Origin: Fidelibacterota bacterium
Lineage (GTDB): Bacteria; Fidelibacterota; Marinisomatia; Marinisomatales; Marinisomataceae
NCBI GenBank assembly: GCA_965212055.1
Contig: OZ243041.1
Coordinates: forward strand, 640,001-704,000
Direction of reading: 5' to 3'
Length of the DNA stretch: 64,000 nt
The notes beneath the pieces were generated by a model, which saw only the letters and a program-made list of their open reading frames with translations, was not told the origin of the DNA and searched no databases. Shown here in pieces: positions 1 through 8,439 of this stretch. The translations under genes were made by a program, and so were the position numbers. Each line of letters begins with the position of its first letter. Positions within the stretch are counted from its first letter, which is position 1.

Positions 1-782
1 TGGGCTGAAGTACAATAAACTTTATTGGATAATGAATCAACACGGGTTAATGCTTCTTCATAAGGTAAATGCAACCCTTCATGGCTGGTATAAAAATCAA
101 CGGTGTTTAAATCAATGACTTGTTCGGTATTAATTCCTACTGCGTCCATAAAATCTAAGTATTCTGTGATTTGATTCGCAATTTTTTCATATTTCTTTCC
201 TTCTTTACTGCTCTTCACAAATCCCATATTCCATAAATTCACTTTACGTAAATTGGCAAACCCTCCTTGCGCAAAGGAACGTAATAAATTCAAGGTAGAA
301 GCAGATTGAGAATAAGCACGCAACAAACGTTCTGGATCAGGTTCTCTTGCTTCTTTGGTAAACTCTATCCCGTTTACAGAGTCTCCATAATAGCTATTTA
401 AGGTCGTTCCATTCACAGTTTCTGTGTCGGAAGACCTTGGTTTTGTAAATTGACCAGCAATACGTCCCAGTTTAATCACTGGCACCTTCATTTCAGAAGT
501 AATGACCGCACTCATTTGCAAAATGACACGAAATGTATCTCGAATATTATTGGCAGAAAATTCCTTAAAACTTTCTGCGCAATCTCCTCCTTGTACTAAA
601 AATGCTTTGCGTTCTGTTGCTTTGGCTAGTTCTGCTTTTAAGTTGTTACACTCTCCCGCAAATACTAATGGTGGAAAGGTATTTAATCGTCCAATAATCT
701 TATCAAGTTTTTCTTGATCTTTATAAGGAGGAATATGTTTTATTGTACAGTCTTTCCAAGAATCTTTTTTCCAATTTTTCAT
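1..782 (-). CDS. Class II DAHP synthase (3-deoxy-7-phosphoheptulonate synthase); 3' part runs off the window
   Basis: Not in the ORF track. Manual translation from ATG 782 gives MKNWKKDSWKDCTIKHIPPYKDQEKL...FPPLVFAGE...AFLVQGGDCAESF...KLGRIAGQFTKPRS, the class II DAHPS hallmark motifs. Frame is open to the window edge. Confidence 0.93.
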   Translation of the reverse strand, partial: MKNWKKDSWKDCTIKHIPPYKDQEKLDKIIGRLNTFPPLVFAGECNNLKAELAKATERKAFLVQGGDCAESFKEFSANNIRDTFRVILQMSAVITSEMKVPVIKLGRIAGQFTKPRSSDTETVNGTTLNSYYGDSVNGIEFTKEAREPDPERLLRAYSQSASTLNLLRSFAQGGFANLRKVNLWNMGFVKSSKEGKKYEKIANQITEYLDFMDAVGINTEQVIDLNTVDFYTSHEGLHLPYEEALTRVDSLSNKVYCTSA

Positions 783-783
783 C

Positions 784-1041
784 TTATTTCTCCGCCTTTT
801 TTGATTCGGTGATAATGGATTGATAAATATTTTTTAAAAACGTGGCTTCCTTTTCAGAAAACAGAGTATCAATCTTCTCATAAATCGCATTTTCTCTACT
901 TTGATCCAAGATTGGTAATCCTTCTTCTTTTTTCACCTCTCCGATGGCTGTAACTGCCTCTAATCGATCGATCAACAATTGAAAGACTTCCCTATCAATG
1001 GTATCAATCTTTTCTCGTATTGTTCTAATTTTTTCGTTCAT
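784..1041 (-). CDS. Monofunctional chorismate mutase (AroQ class)
   Basis: IREKIDTIDRE...R...IGEVKK...ILDQSRE CM_2 pattern. Start moved to ATG 1041 (purine-rich AAGGGA upstream) because the track's TTG at 1062 lies in the terminator U-tract. Confidence 0.9.
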   Translation of the reverse strand: MNEKIRTIREKIDTIDREVFQLLIDRLEAVTAIGEVKKEEGLPILDQSRENAIYEKIDTLFSEKEATFLKNIYQSIITESKKAEK

Positions 1042-1060
1042 TCTTATCCCTTTATATAAC

Positions 1061-1088
1061 AAAAAACCCCAGTGGGGTTCACTGGGGT
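1061..1088 (-). terminator. Intrinsic terminator of the attenuator
   Basis: Minus strand ACCCCAGTG-AACCC-CACTGGGGT-TTTTTG: 8-9 bp GC-rich stem, 5-nt loop, U-tract, ending 19 nt before the chorismate mutase ATG. Confidence 0.9.
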
Positions 1089-1116
1089 GTATGTAGTTTT
1101 TTATATGGTCCTATTC

Positions 1117-1176
1117 TTAGGTCCCTACATAACCCCTTCCATTAAAATAATAGTAAAAATTTTGATTACTTTTCAT
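1117..1176 (-). CDS. Aromatic amino acid attenuator leader peptide MKSNQNFYYYFNGRGYVGT (19 aa)
   Basis: ATG 1176 to TAA 1119-1117. Five consecutive Phe/Tyr codons (TTT TAC TAT TAT TTT) directly upstream of Phe/Tyr biosynthesis genes. Confidence 0.85.
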   Translation of the reverse strand: MKSNQNFYYYFNGRGYVGT

Positions 1177-1184
1177 ATTGAACA

Positions 1185-1214
1185 ATATTACGGAATAGAT
1201 AGGACAGTTGGCAA
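1185..1214 (-). promoter_or_regulatory. Putative sigma70 promoter for the leader and aro operon
   Basis: TTGCCA (1214-1209), 18-nt spacer, TAATAT (1190-1185), 8 nt before the leader ATG. Confidence 0.55.
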
Positions 1215-1220
1215 GGAAAA

Positions 1221-1916
1221 TTAATTATTTAATATTCTATTAATGGCATTTTCTGCAAGCAATGACATCACTTGATATCCCTTTTTGTTGGGATGAACAC
1301 CATCATAGCCATACTCTTTTTTTAAGGCATTATCTTCATCTACCATTGAAGAATAATAATCAAGATATATCATACCATTATCATTAGCAAATTTTTCTAT
1401 TATTGTGTTTACAGCCAAAATCTTTGGAGGAGGATTCATTCCTGGATTCCAGGGAAAATCTTTTGCAGGTAAAATTGAGCAAATAATAACATGAATATCG
1501 TTGCTTTGTGCCAATTCTGCCATAGACATAATATTATTGGTAATCATTGTTACATCAGCAGGACCTGTATTTCCTGCAATATCATTAATGCCAGCTAAGA
1601 TTAAAACCACCTTTGGTTCAAGGGCAATCACATCAGTACGAAATCTAACTAACATCTGAGGGGTTGTTTGTCCACTAATCCCTCGGTTAACATAAGGTTT
1701 GCCCTCAAAAAATTCAGGAAACAAAAGAGACCATCCTTCTGTGATTGAATTCCCCATAAACACCACTCTTTTTTCATGTTCTAAGGGAGATCCTAATTGG
1801 GCATTATCCAATTTATATCGGTTTAAATTAGACCAATCCTGATCAGGTGTATAATCTCTTGATTGAGCAATCAAAGAGGTAATAGAAAAAATGAATGTGA
1901 TTATAATGATTCGCAC
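1221..1916 (-). CDS. Secreted SGNH/GDSL hydrolase (acylhydrolase/esterase)
   Basis: Signal peptide; GNSITEGW, NRGISGQ, GINDI and DGVHPN blocks. Confidence 0.9.
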   Translation of the reverse strand: MRIIIITFIFSITSLIAQSRDYTPDQDWSNLNRYKLDNAQLGSPLEHEKRVVFMGNSITEGWSLLFPEFFEGKPYVNRGISGQTTPQMLVRFRTDVIALEPKVVLILAGINDIAGNTGPADVTMITNNIMSMAELAQSNDIHVIICSILPAKDFPWNPGMNPPPKILAVNTIIEKFANDNGMIYLDYYSSMVDEDNALKKEYGYDGVHPNKKGYQVMSLLAENAINRILNN

Positions 1917-1927
1917 TACTACACCTT

Positions 1928-2878
1928 TTACGAATTATCTTTTATGATGGTTGTTCCAGCATTTCCATCAATAGCATCTTGAATATTTTCAATATTTGTA
2001 ATGATGGCTTTTTCTCCATGATGTTTTAAGAAATGGATCGCAGATCGAATCTTCGGCCACATACTTCCTTGTTGAAAATGCCCTTCTTCTTGCAATTGTT
2101 TTGCCTCGGTGTCTGTCATCTGATTAATCGGAGATTGTTGTGGTGTATTATAGTCCTTATACACTTGATCTATGTCCGTAATAATATAGTATTCTTGTGC
2201 TCGGATTACCCTACCAAGTTTTGCCGCACTTAAGTCTTTATCCACAACAGCATCAATTCCTTTTAGCTTTTGATCATCAGTATTGTATACTGGAATTCCA
2301 CCACCTCCAGCTGCAATCACAATGGTGCCAGACTCAACCAAGGTACGAATACTAAGACCATGCATTACAAATTCAGGATCTGGGGAAGGAACAACCCTTC
2401 TCCACTCTCCAGGTTCTTGTTCTTTAATATCCCATCCTAGTTCTTTGGATAACGCCGTTGCTTTTTCTTTAGAATATCGTTTTCCAACAAATTTTGATGG
2501 ATTCTTTAAAGATGGATCTTCTGGATTAATAATTACTTGAGTCACAAGTGTAACTACCTCTTTATCAATATTCTCTGCACGTAATGCATTTTGGAACGTC
2601 TGTTGAATCATATATCCCATCGTCCCTTGCGTTCCAGCCACACAAACACCCAAAGGCAAAGGAGGAACCGTCTCACGAGTTAAATCCATTCGTAGTAATT
2701 CATCCCCTACTTGTGGACCATTTCCATGTGTAAGACATATATTGTAATCACGACGTAAAAATTCCATAATTTGTTCAAACGAATGGCGGGTATTATTGAA
2801 TTGTTCAGCAATAGTCCCTGCCTGTTTTTTTTGAGACAGAGCATTTCCTCCAAGAGCGATAATTGCAGTCTTACTCAT
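1928..2878 (-). CDS. arcC: Carbamate kinase
   Basis: ALGGNAL, THGNGPQVG, RRVVPSP, GGGGIPV, AVVDKD and GSMWPK motifs. Confidence 0.93.
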   Translation of the reverse strand: MSKTAIIALGGNALSQKKQAGTIAEQFNNTRHSFEQIMEFLRRDYNICLTHGNGPQVGDELLRMDLTRETVPPLPLGVCVAGTQGTMGYMIQQTFQNALRAENIDKEVVTLVTQVIINPEDPSLKNPSKFVGKRYSKEKATALSKELGWDIKEQEPGEWRRVVPSPDPEFVMHGLSIRTLVESGTIVIAAGGGGIPVYNTDDQKLKGIDAVVDKDLSAAKLGRVIRAQEYYIITDIDQVYKDYNTPQQSPINQMTDTEAKQLQEEGHFQQGSMWPKIRSAIHFLKHHGEKAIITNIENIQDAIDGNAGTTIIKDNS

Positions 2879-2881
2879 ACC

Positions 2882-3868
2882 TTAATCAGACAATAAATGT
2901 TTAGTAAAAAATTCTTTTGCAAACGCAAAGGATTGTTCACGTGCATCCGCATTGCCTCCAAAACTTGGTCCTCTGCCCGCACACGTCATCAATGCCAATT
3001 TTTGCATCAAAGGAGTATTGATAGGAATCTTCCAAGATTCACTAAACAAAGTTGTTCCTTCCTCATTCATTGGAAAGCGACAATCTCCTAGCGTATATCC
3101 GTCTTCCACTACGACAATTTCTGTACTTCTTTTATCGAATGAATGGTGAGAATCCTTATAAATGGTTAAATCGATATTCATTGCAAATCCACTTGCTTCC
3201 ATTTTGTCCAATAATTCCGTACACGCAACCGCAGGAACCCAATTATCCAATTCTCCAATCAAAATATGAATGGGAGCATCACTAAATTGCATATTTTCAG
3301 CAGGATGCGGATAGATAACACAAGGCGGATAAATCGGCAAATGTGCTGCAAACATAAACTCACCACCATTAATAGCACTCACAAGCGGTAGCCATGCAGA
3401 ATATAAAGACACTGCACCACCTAAGCTCCACCCAGTAATCCCTGCACGATCTACATCAATGTTGGGATGAGTACTTAATGTTTCTAACGCACGATAACTA
3501 TCTAAAATTACCATGGCAGTCGTTACTGCGACTTGTGTCCCTACTGTGGACTGTATATCACGACTATCAAAGCTTTGTACTTGGAAAGTAGCAAATCCCA
3601 TTTCTTGGTACATGGCCAAATAATCTAGATGATGACTAGACCAATTTAAACTTCCTGCCGCCCCTATGATTAATGGATATTTTGTATCGGGATCATAATC
3701 ATTAGGCAAAGTTAATGTACCAAACACTTCCTGGGCTGGTTCGTTTTCCAAATCCACAATAATTTCCTCAAATGAGAATGGATTTGCACTTTGAAAGGTA
3801 ATAATTTCTTGATTGGTATTTTGTGCCATCACTACAGAAATCATTCCAATTATCATATATCGTATCAT
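2882..3868 (-). CDS. Secreted dienelactone hydrolase-family alpha/beta hydrolase
   Basis: GWSLGG nucleophile elbow, GELDNW, HHSFD; short signal peptide. Confidence 0.8.
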   Translation of the reverse strand: MIRYMIIGMISVVMAQNTNQEIITFQSANPFSFEEIIVDLENEPAQEVFGTLTLPNDYDPDTKYPLIIGAAGSLNWSSHHLDYLAMYQEMGFATFQVQSFDSRDIQSTVGTQVAVTTAMVILDSYRALETLSTHPNIDVDRAGITGWSLGGAVSLYSAWLPLVSAINGGEFMFAAHLPIYPPCVIYPHPAENMQFSDAPIHILIGELDNWVPAVACTELLDKMEASGFAMNIDLTIYKDSHHSFDKRSTEIVVVEDGYTLGDCRFPMNEEGTTLFSESWKIPINTPLMQKLALMTCAGRGPSFGGNADAREQSFAFAKEFFTKHLLSD

Positions 3869-4353
3869 TTTTTCTCCAATAGTTGTAAGTAAGATTTAAA
3901 CAGAATACCCCCACTGCCGCTATATCCTCCCAAATCACCGCTACTCTTAATCACGCGGTGACATGGAATTACAATAGGAATTGGGTTGGCTCCACTTGCA
4001 CGCCCCACCGCTCTCCATGCAGAAGGTCGTTTTACTAAATTTGCAATTTCTTTATAGCTTTTTGTTTTCCCGTAGGGAATTTTCTCAATTCTAGCTAAGA
4101 CTTTTTTGGAAAAATCACTTCCTTTAAGAGTGCAAGGAATATCAAATTTTTTTAATTTTCTTTGAAAATATGCATCCAATTGTTCTTGGACATATTTTGC
4201 AAATTTTAGGTTCTTACCTTGATTAATTTTTAAGGAAATCTGTGGGTTAATCAAATCTTTTTTCTGATGTGAAAATTTTAACCTTAATAAAGAATCTTTC
4301 GAGTAAAATATCTTAAAATGAAAGTGATCAATGTGGAATATTTTTTGATACAT
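3865..4353 (-). CDS. ogt: Methylated-DNA--protein-cysteine S-methyltransferase
   Basis: IPYGKTKSY, RAVG and the IPCHRVI active site. Confidence 0.92.
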   Translation of the reverse strand: MYQKIFHIDHFHFKIFYSKDSLLRLKFSHQKKDLINPQISLKINQGKNLKFAKYVQEQLDAYFQRKLKKFDIPCTLKGSDFSKKVLARIEKIPYGKTKSYKEIANLVKRPSAWRAVGRASGANPIPIVIPCHRVIKSSGDLGGYSGSGGILFKSYLQLLEKK

Positions 4354-4355
4354 TA

Positions 4356-4667
4356 TTACAATTTAACTGCAGTACCATAAATAAAAATTTCTGACGCCCC
4401 TTGTTGTAACATAGAAGTTGTAAAACGCACTCCTACAATTGCATCTGCACCTAACTCTGTTGCATGAACTTTCATTCTATCCATTGCTTGTTCTCTTGAT
4501 TCTGCCATTAGCTTAGAGTATTCTATAATCTCTCCACCCACCAAATTTCTAAAACTAGCTAGAATGTCTTTCCCAACATGCCTGGCTCGTATTGATTGGC
4601 CGCTAACAACGCCTAAAGTTTGAGAAATGGTTCTGTGTTCTACTCTCTCTTGTGTAGTTACAATCAT
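4356..4667 (-). CDS. YbjQ/UPF0145 family protein
   Basis: GGEIIEYSKLMAESRE, GADAIVGVRF, YGTAVK. Confidence 0.9.
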   Translation of the reverse strand: MIVTTQERVEHRTISQTLGVVSGQSIRARHVGKDILASFRNLVGGEIIEYSKLMAESREQAMDRMKVHATELGADAIVGVRFTTSMLQQGASEIFIYGTAVKL

Positions 4668-4885
4668 TTTTTAATCTCCTTAGAATAATAGTCATCTTCT
4701 TTATTGTTTAAACGCTCTCGTAATACCTTAATAAATAACATAAATAATCCACCATAGATTAAGACAATGATTAACCCATCTGGATAAAATTCATTTACAA
4801 GCGATAGACCATAGAGCTGATCTAAGGTAAGATAAGTAATAAGAACAAAAAATCCTGTGATTAAAAGATATCCTAATTTTTCCAT
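4664..4885 (-). CDS. Small two-TM hypothetical membrane protein
   Basis: Two hydrophobic segments; AAGGA RBS; 4-nt overlap with the YbjQ-family gene. Confidence 0.7.
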   Translation of the reverse strand: MEKLGYLLITGFFVLITYLTLDQLYGLSLVNEFYPDGLIIVLIYGGLFMLFIKVLRERLNNKEDDYYSKEIKK

Positions 4886-4949
4886 TTTAAATTCCTTTTT
4901 ATAAATTTAACTTGTTTACATTCAAAAAGGAAATATTTAGGATAAATTC

Positions 4950-5579
4950 ATGGCTAAAATGATAAAATTAGCAAACTATCAGGGATTATTAATAATCCTT
5001 GTAGGAGCATTAGCATACCTTTCGTATACCAACTATAATCTCGAACAAGATCTAGAAGAATATAAAGGATATTACAAAACTATTGCCATTAAATATGTGC
5101 AAGAAATTATGGATAAACCTGAACTTTCTGCTCCTGATCCAGAAGAAATGGATGTTACGACTATAGATTTTGAATCCAATATGTTGCTTTTCAACGACTT
5201 AGAAGGAAATGAATTTTCATTAAGAGATTTTGAAGACAAGGTATTATTTATTAATTATTGGGCAACATGGTGTAATCCTTGTTTAGCAGAAATGCCAAAT
5301 ATGGCAGAATTATACAATCAGTACAAAGAAAACGATAATATTGTATTTCTTTATTTATCCAAAGAAGATGCTGATACAATCATTGATTATATCCCCAAAG
5401 ATGATTCTTTAGGGCAACTTCCTATATATAAAGTAGTCACAGATGATGACTTATTTAGTACTCGTGGCATCCCAACCACATTTATTGTTAATCGCAATGG
5501 GGAAATTGTGATCAAAGATGTCGGATCTGCAGTGTGGAACGATCAATCTGTTATCGACTATCTTGATAAACTTTTATAA
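4950..5579 (+). CDS. TlpA/ResA-family membrane-anchored thiol-disulfide oxidoreductase
   Basis: N-terminal TM; NYWATWCNPCLAEMP; GIPTTF cis-Pro motif. Confidence 0.9.
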   Translation: MAKMIKLANYQGLLIILVGALAYLSYTNYNLEQDLEEYKGYYKTIAIKYVQEIMDKPELSAPDPEEMDVTTIDFESNMLLFNDLEGNEFSLRDFEDKVLFINYWATWCNPCLAEMPNMAELYNQYKENDNIVFLYLSKEDADTIIDYIPKDDSLGQLPIYKVVTDDDLFSTRGIPTTFIVNRNGEIVIKDVGSAVWNDQSVIDYLDKLL

Positions 5580-5584
5580 TTATC

Positions 5585-7198
5585 TTGAAAAAAAATATTA
5601 CAATTAATTATAGTAATGGTTTTCCTTGTTTGGGGAATGGAATTGATTTCACGGAAGAATGCTTTGGATTGCAATTTAATGCTGCATTGATTCAACAAAC
5701 TTCCGAATTAATTTGGAAACCAAACTCAACCTTGCCAAATACCACAGCGCAATCGCTTCCAGCTCCTTTTAATGTCTTAAGTGATCTTGGGAAAGCAATG
5801 ACCGTAAATCTTAATGGAAATACTGGACTGATTGGCAAAAAACAACTATTAAACGAAGTAAAACTACTTGATCATAGTCTGATGGATAGTTTCATCACAC
5901 ACGTTACAAACCACATTGAAAATCCAACAAAAGAATCAGCACAATTAATTGCGGATATTCGTTGCTGGACTTCTTGGATTGCCAATGGTATTAAAATCGA
6001 ACCTATCTTTAATGGGGAATTACGAGGATGTTCTTTCATTCCTTGGCCACTATCTGGACTACTGCTACTATCTTCTAGAATTACCGGGCAACAGCCTGAA
6101 TTTGAATACGCAGCAGACTATGTATTGCGTTCTGGAATCTTACCCGAAATGGATATGGAAACATTGAAAGATGAAAAAACCATTATCGAGTATATCCGTG
6201 CTATTAAACCAGTTGTTTCTTTTCACGATCTTGATGGTAATGAACAAGGATTCCGTATGACCCATCTTGCGATGGAAAATACTGCCAGTATGATGATTCA
6301 AAATGCATTGGATGCAGTAGGTGGGAAGAACGTATCAGACAATTTAGAAAAGGTAGAACATGCCCTAATGCTATCAAATAAGATATTTAATTGTATGTGG
6401 AAAGTAAGCGATCCACTGCTATACAATAAAGAGGTGCGTATTTTTATTCAGGGATTATATGGCAATCAAGGCAGTATCTATGATGAACAAGGATTATTCT
6501 TTGAGCAATGCGGAAACACCTATAGCGAAGCATACAATACAAAAGGGTGTTATATCTCCAATTTGCATGGACAAACAGGTGCAAACAGCTCTTACCATCC
6601 ATTAGGTGATGAAATCACTGGTATTGGAGATCACACCAAGGCATATATGTGTGATGATGTGGATTGTGCCATTATTGAAAATATTCTTACAAAAGGATTC
6701 GTTACCGATGAAGAATTATCATGCTCTATTGATTCTTTGACAAAATTGCTTAAATCATTCCGAGTTGGTTATCGTCCTCCTGCTCACCATGCAATGATTG
6801 TCAATATGAGAGCAAAACTTCAAAATTCTTCCTATTTTCAAACGATTGAATCCAGTCCCGAATTAAGAAGACAATTGGCAGAATGTGTTAGATGGCTTAT
6901 CCAACATCGTATTGACCATTATAAAATGGTGGTGTCCTATATATTGCGTTCCCCTGATCCATATAGACATCAGACCAAAGCAAAAGGAACGGGTGGTTCT
7001 CCTACCCCATCATTTTTACCAAAAATGTTTACCAACAGCATTGATAGGTTGAAAGATCTTATTGGTGATTCAGATGTAGATTGGGCAAACAAATTGCTTT
7101 CTATTACTGAAAATCATGAGGATTCGATGAATCGATTTAGAAAAATAGCGCTACAAGTAGAACAAGAAGATTCTAGTAAAAATCGTTCTTTATCTTAA
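5585..7198 (+). CDS. Indoleamine 2,3-dioxygenase (IDO)-superfamily heme protein
   Basis: IDO-like motifs in the correct order: GFRMTHLAME, EVRIFIQG, GQTGANSS, YRPPAH, HRIDHYKMVVSYI (proximal His), KGTGGSPTPSFL. TTG start is uncertain. Confidence 0.8.
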   Translation: MKKNITINYSNGFPCLGNGIDFTEECFGLQFNAALIQQTSELIWKPNSTLPNTTAQSLPAPFNVLSDLGKAMTVNLNGNTGLIGKKQLLNEVKLLDHSLMDSFITHVTNHIENPTKESAQLIADIRCWTSWIANGIKIEPIFNGELRGCSFIPWPLSGLLLLSSRITGQQPEFEYAADYVLRSGILPEMDMETLKDEKTIIEYIRAIKPVVSFHDLDGNEQGFRMTHLAMENTASMMIQNALDAVGGKNVSDNLEKVEHALMLSNKIFNCMWKVSDPLLYNKEVRIFIQGLYGNQGSIYDEQGLFFEQCGNTYSEAYNTKGCYISNLHGQTGANSSYHPLGDEITGIGDHTKAYMCDDVDCAIIENILTKGFVTDEELSCSIDSLTKLLKSFRVGYRPPAHHAMIVNMRAKLQNSSYFQTIESSPELRRQLAECVRWLIQHRIDHYKMVVSYILRSPDPYRHQTKAKGTGGSPTPSFLPKMFTNSIDRLKDLIGDSDVDWANKLLSITENHEDSMNRFRKIALQVEQEDSSKNRSLS

Positions 7199-8439
7199 TC
7201 GTTTAAAAAAACTTTACTAATCTCTAGACTACCATCATTATTAGCAGGTACAACACCTAGAATTTTGCACATCATTTCATATAAATGAATATTGTGAATC
7301 TTCGGTCCAGTAAATCCAGACTTAAAAGCAGGACCATGTGCAATAAAAATTCCATCCATGGATCTGTAATTCGGATCATATCCATGTGATCCAAGGGATG
7401 TAGAATATCCTGGAGTAACAATACTCCATTGCTCATCAGCTAATAAAAGAATTGGTTCTATGCGATTATTATTACCGTAATGAAAATCTTCTGGTGTCTC
7501 CCCTTTTTTAAACACCTGTGTATGCTCAATACCTACTAGAGATTGATATATCTCATCAACATTACCATTTTTTGGACGAATCTCCATAAATGGACCTCTT
7601 CCCACTGTTATAACATCATTTAGGTCAAGATAGTCGGCAATATTGATATATTTTGAGGAAGGGGTTTCAGTCATTCCATGGTCTGAAACAATCATTATAT
7701 TGACTTCATTGAGAATATTCTGTGCTTCTAATCCATTAATCAAATGTCCAATAGCTTGATCAACCTCTACAATAGCTTCAATTGTTTCATTTGTATCTGG
7801 TCCATACTCATGACCATTATGATCAACTACACTAAAATATGACGCCAAAAATGATGGTCTAGCATTTCCGGTATGTAAGAGCCATGAAAGAATTTGATCC
7901 ATACGATCAAGATTGGTCGGATCTTCATTATATACATAATATTTTGATGGACGGATACCCATGATTTCAGCATCAGACATCGGCCAAAACATAATCATAG
8001 CTCTTTTAGCTTGTTTTTCAATAGTAACCCAGATTGGTTCAGCATCAATCCATTTACCATCTTGAGCAGCTGTACTTCCTGCTCCTATGTAAAAGTATTC
8101 GTCAAAGTCTGCATCATAAAAATAGTTTGAAATAATACCATGGTTAGATGGATAATTCCCTGTAACAATACTGATATGATTAGGAAAAGTTTTGCTAGGA
8201 TAACTTGTTTTTAATCCATCTGCTTTGGAACCATTGGCAATAAGTCGATCAAAATTGGGAGTCTCCACCTTATCAAAATAGTCCCATCTAAAACCGTCAA
8301 TTGATATCAATATTAACGGGGTACTAGGTTCGCCATAGTAAGATAAATCTGTTCCAGAACTTGACCCATGTATTGTATCATGTACTTGATTGCATGATGT
8401 AAGAAAGAATACTAGAAAGACTAGAAAATTATTCTTCAT
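7195..8439 (-). CDS. Ectonucleotide pyrophosphatase/phosphodiesterase (NPP) lipoprotein
   Basis: Lipobox LTSC; ISIDGFR, PSKTFPNH (catalytic Thr), VSDHGM, GSHGY. Confidence 0.92.
   Translation of the reverse strand: MKNNFLVFLVFFLTSCNQVHDTIHGSSSGTDLSYYGEPSTPLILISIDGFRWDYFDKVETPNFDRLIANGSKADGLKTSYPSKTFPNHISIVTGNYPSNHGIISNYFYDADFDEYFYIGAGSTAAQDGKWIDAEPIWVTIEKQAKRAMIMFWPMSDAEIMGIRPSKYYVYNEDPTNLDRMDQILSWLLHTGNARPSFLASYFSVVDHNGHEYGPDTNETIEAIVEVDQAIGHLINGLEAQNILNEVNIMIVSDHGMTETPSSKYINIADYLDLNDVITVGRGPFMEIRPKNGNVDEIYQSLVGIEHTQVFKKGETPEDFHYGNNNRIEPILLLADEQWSIVTPGYSTSLGSHGYDPNYRSMDGIFIAHGPAFKSGFTGPKIHNIHLYEMMCKILGVVPANNDGSLEISKVFLND

Larger units (their letters stand above)
1061..1176 (-). promoter_or_regulatory. 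Phe/Tyr ribosome-mediated transcription attenuator (leader ORF, antiterminator, terminator)
   Basis: GGGGTTATGTAG (1136-1125, inside the leader ORF) is complementary to CTACATACACCCC (1096-1084), which overlaps the terminator 5' arm, so the two structures are mutually exclusive. Confidence 0.85.

Noticed and set aside
502..717. 71-aa plus-strand ORF in the track
   Set aside because: Antisense shadow of the class II DAHP synthase gene.
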